The notes below the pieces were generated by a model. The model was not told the origin of the DNA. It made no database searches and saw nothing but the letters and a program-made list of their open reading frames with translations. DNA of 63,188 bases, the filler included, from Octopus bimaculoides (Eukaryota), in the NCBI RefSeq assembly GCF_001194135.2. It is 7 parts of 7 records of this genome, joined end to end, with 100 filler letters (N's around TTAATTAATTAA, not from the genome) between each part and the next. Parts side by side here need not be neighbours in the genome. Positions count along the whole stretch, not along the records: positions 62,007 to 63,188 come from NW_026406711.1; 6 more parts are not named here. The stretch is one strand, 5' to 3'. Position 1 is the first letter of the stretch; each line of letters starts with the position of its first letter. The translations under genes were made by a program, and so were the position numbers. This document shows positions 62,163 through 63,188 of this stretch, in pieces.

Positions 62163-63103
62163 GAAAATATTTCTTATCATGTGTGGTAATGTTAATGCCC
62201 AGATAAATAATTAGATTAAATTTTCAGCTGGGGTTTAGTTATAGAACAATATTCCATATATCTGTACCAATTTACAAAAGTTAATATTATTTTTGTTAGT
62301 TAGCCACGAGATAACGGATATTTTTGTTAGTTAGCCACGAGATAACTTCAGATATCGTTTTTGATAAATACTGTCCTTATTAACCCTTTTTCGTAACAAA
62401 TCAGCTCTTAAAAATTAATCATACTGCCGTGTGTACAGGAATATTTTCCTTATATATTATCCTGTTGCTTTCCTACTTCGCTTTGCTTATAACCACTTCA
62501 CTTTTACTTTGTTGCGTTACTTTATTCTGTTTCTCTTTGACTTTTACAACAGGCAAACAGAAATATAGAAAGGAATATGCAGTATCATCCTACTCGACCG
62601 GTCGTCGCAAAGTCGCCTCGCCGGTGATTGCACAACCAAAACTTTTAGGTCCAATAAGGTATGCAAAAAAAACCTCACAGAAACTCGCCACCCTACTGAC
62701 ACGACTCAGAGACAAACCAGTGCAAGACACCCAGTGCTAATATGAGTTGTAGGCTCAGGAACGTGGTAGCGAAATGATCTCACGCGTAAGCAAAAGATCT
62801 CCAAAATATTTACTATCCACTCCCTGCATATTTGGTTTTATATCAAAGCGACCTTCTCCAACAGAGATGCTTTAACAAAAGCTGACGGGGTGAATAACTC
62901 CTAGTGGCCTTCCTGCACGTCGGATACCAACCCGAAATTTCTGAGGGCTCGTGCTAGAGCTATGTTTTTGGTCCTGTTCGGTTTCTGAAGCAACCCTCCA
63001 TACCAGAGAAGACTAGTGGGTGTGCTGGTTTAGTTGCCTACGGCAGCTTGTATTGGATTCCATGTTACCAGTAGCTCTCATGAGAGACTTCAGAAGTGAA
63101 CTG

Positions 63104-63134
<31 letters not shown>

Positions 63135-63188
63135 CTTACGTACGTACATGCATGCATGTATAAGCAGGTGGATAGATAGATAGAGACA

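Noticed and set aside
62290-62346. About 27-nt direct repeat (tttttgttagttagccacgagataac x2)
   Set aside because: Simple local slippage duplication next to a contig end, with no further structure.

Overview
AT-rich, repeat-dense, gap-riddled eukaryotic genomic DNA, most likely a coleoid cephalopod such as Octopus (inferred from repeat style, not proven). Six 100-nt gaps carrying an artificial TTAATTAATTAA linker split the window into seven blocks whose adjacency may be unreliable. Recognisable host genes: six + strand exons (100-4923) of an ankyrin-repeat DHHC palmitoyltransferase (ZDHHC17/HIP14-like), including a textbook U12-type GT-AG intron (3179-4476), and one - strand first coding exon of a choline kinase (9880-9998). 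Both genes break off toward the linker gap at 5307-5406. The rest is mostly tRNA-derived SINEs (about four families), RTE-LINE 3' ends, and remnants of Ty3/gypsy gag, piggyBac, Tc1/mariner and a terminally intact internally deleted Helitron, plus micro- and minisatellites. Almost all ORFs in the supplied track are artefacts of gaps or microsatellites. The most striking observation is a set of short fold-back elements from several unrelated sequence families, mostly beside (TA)n tracts. Each contains minimal type I hammerhead ribozyme motifs with a self-complementary stem III and different core variants (CUGACGA, CCGAUGA, GUGAACA, CUGUCGA, CUGAUGA), repeatedly arranged as inverted pairs. All structures were read by eye; none was computed or tested.
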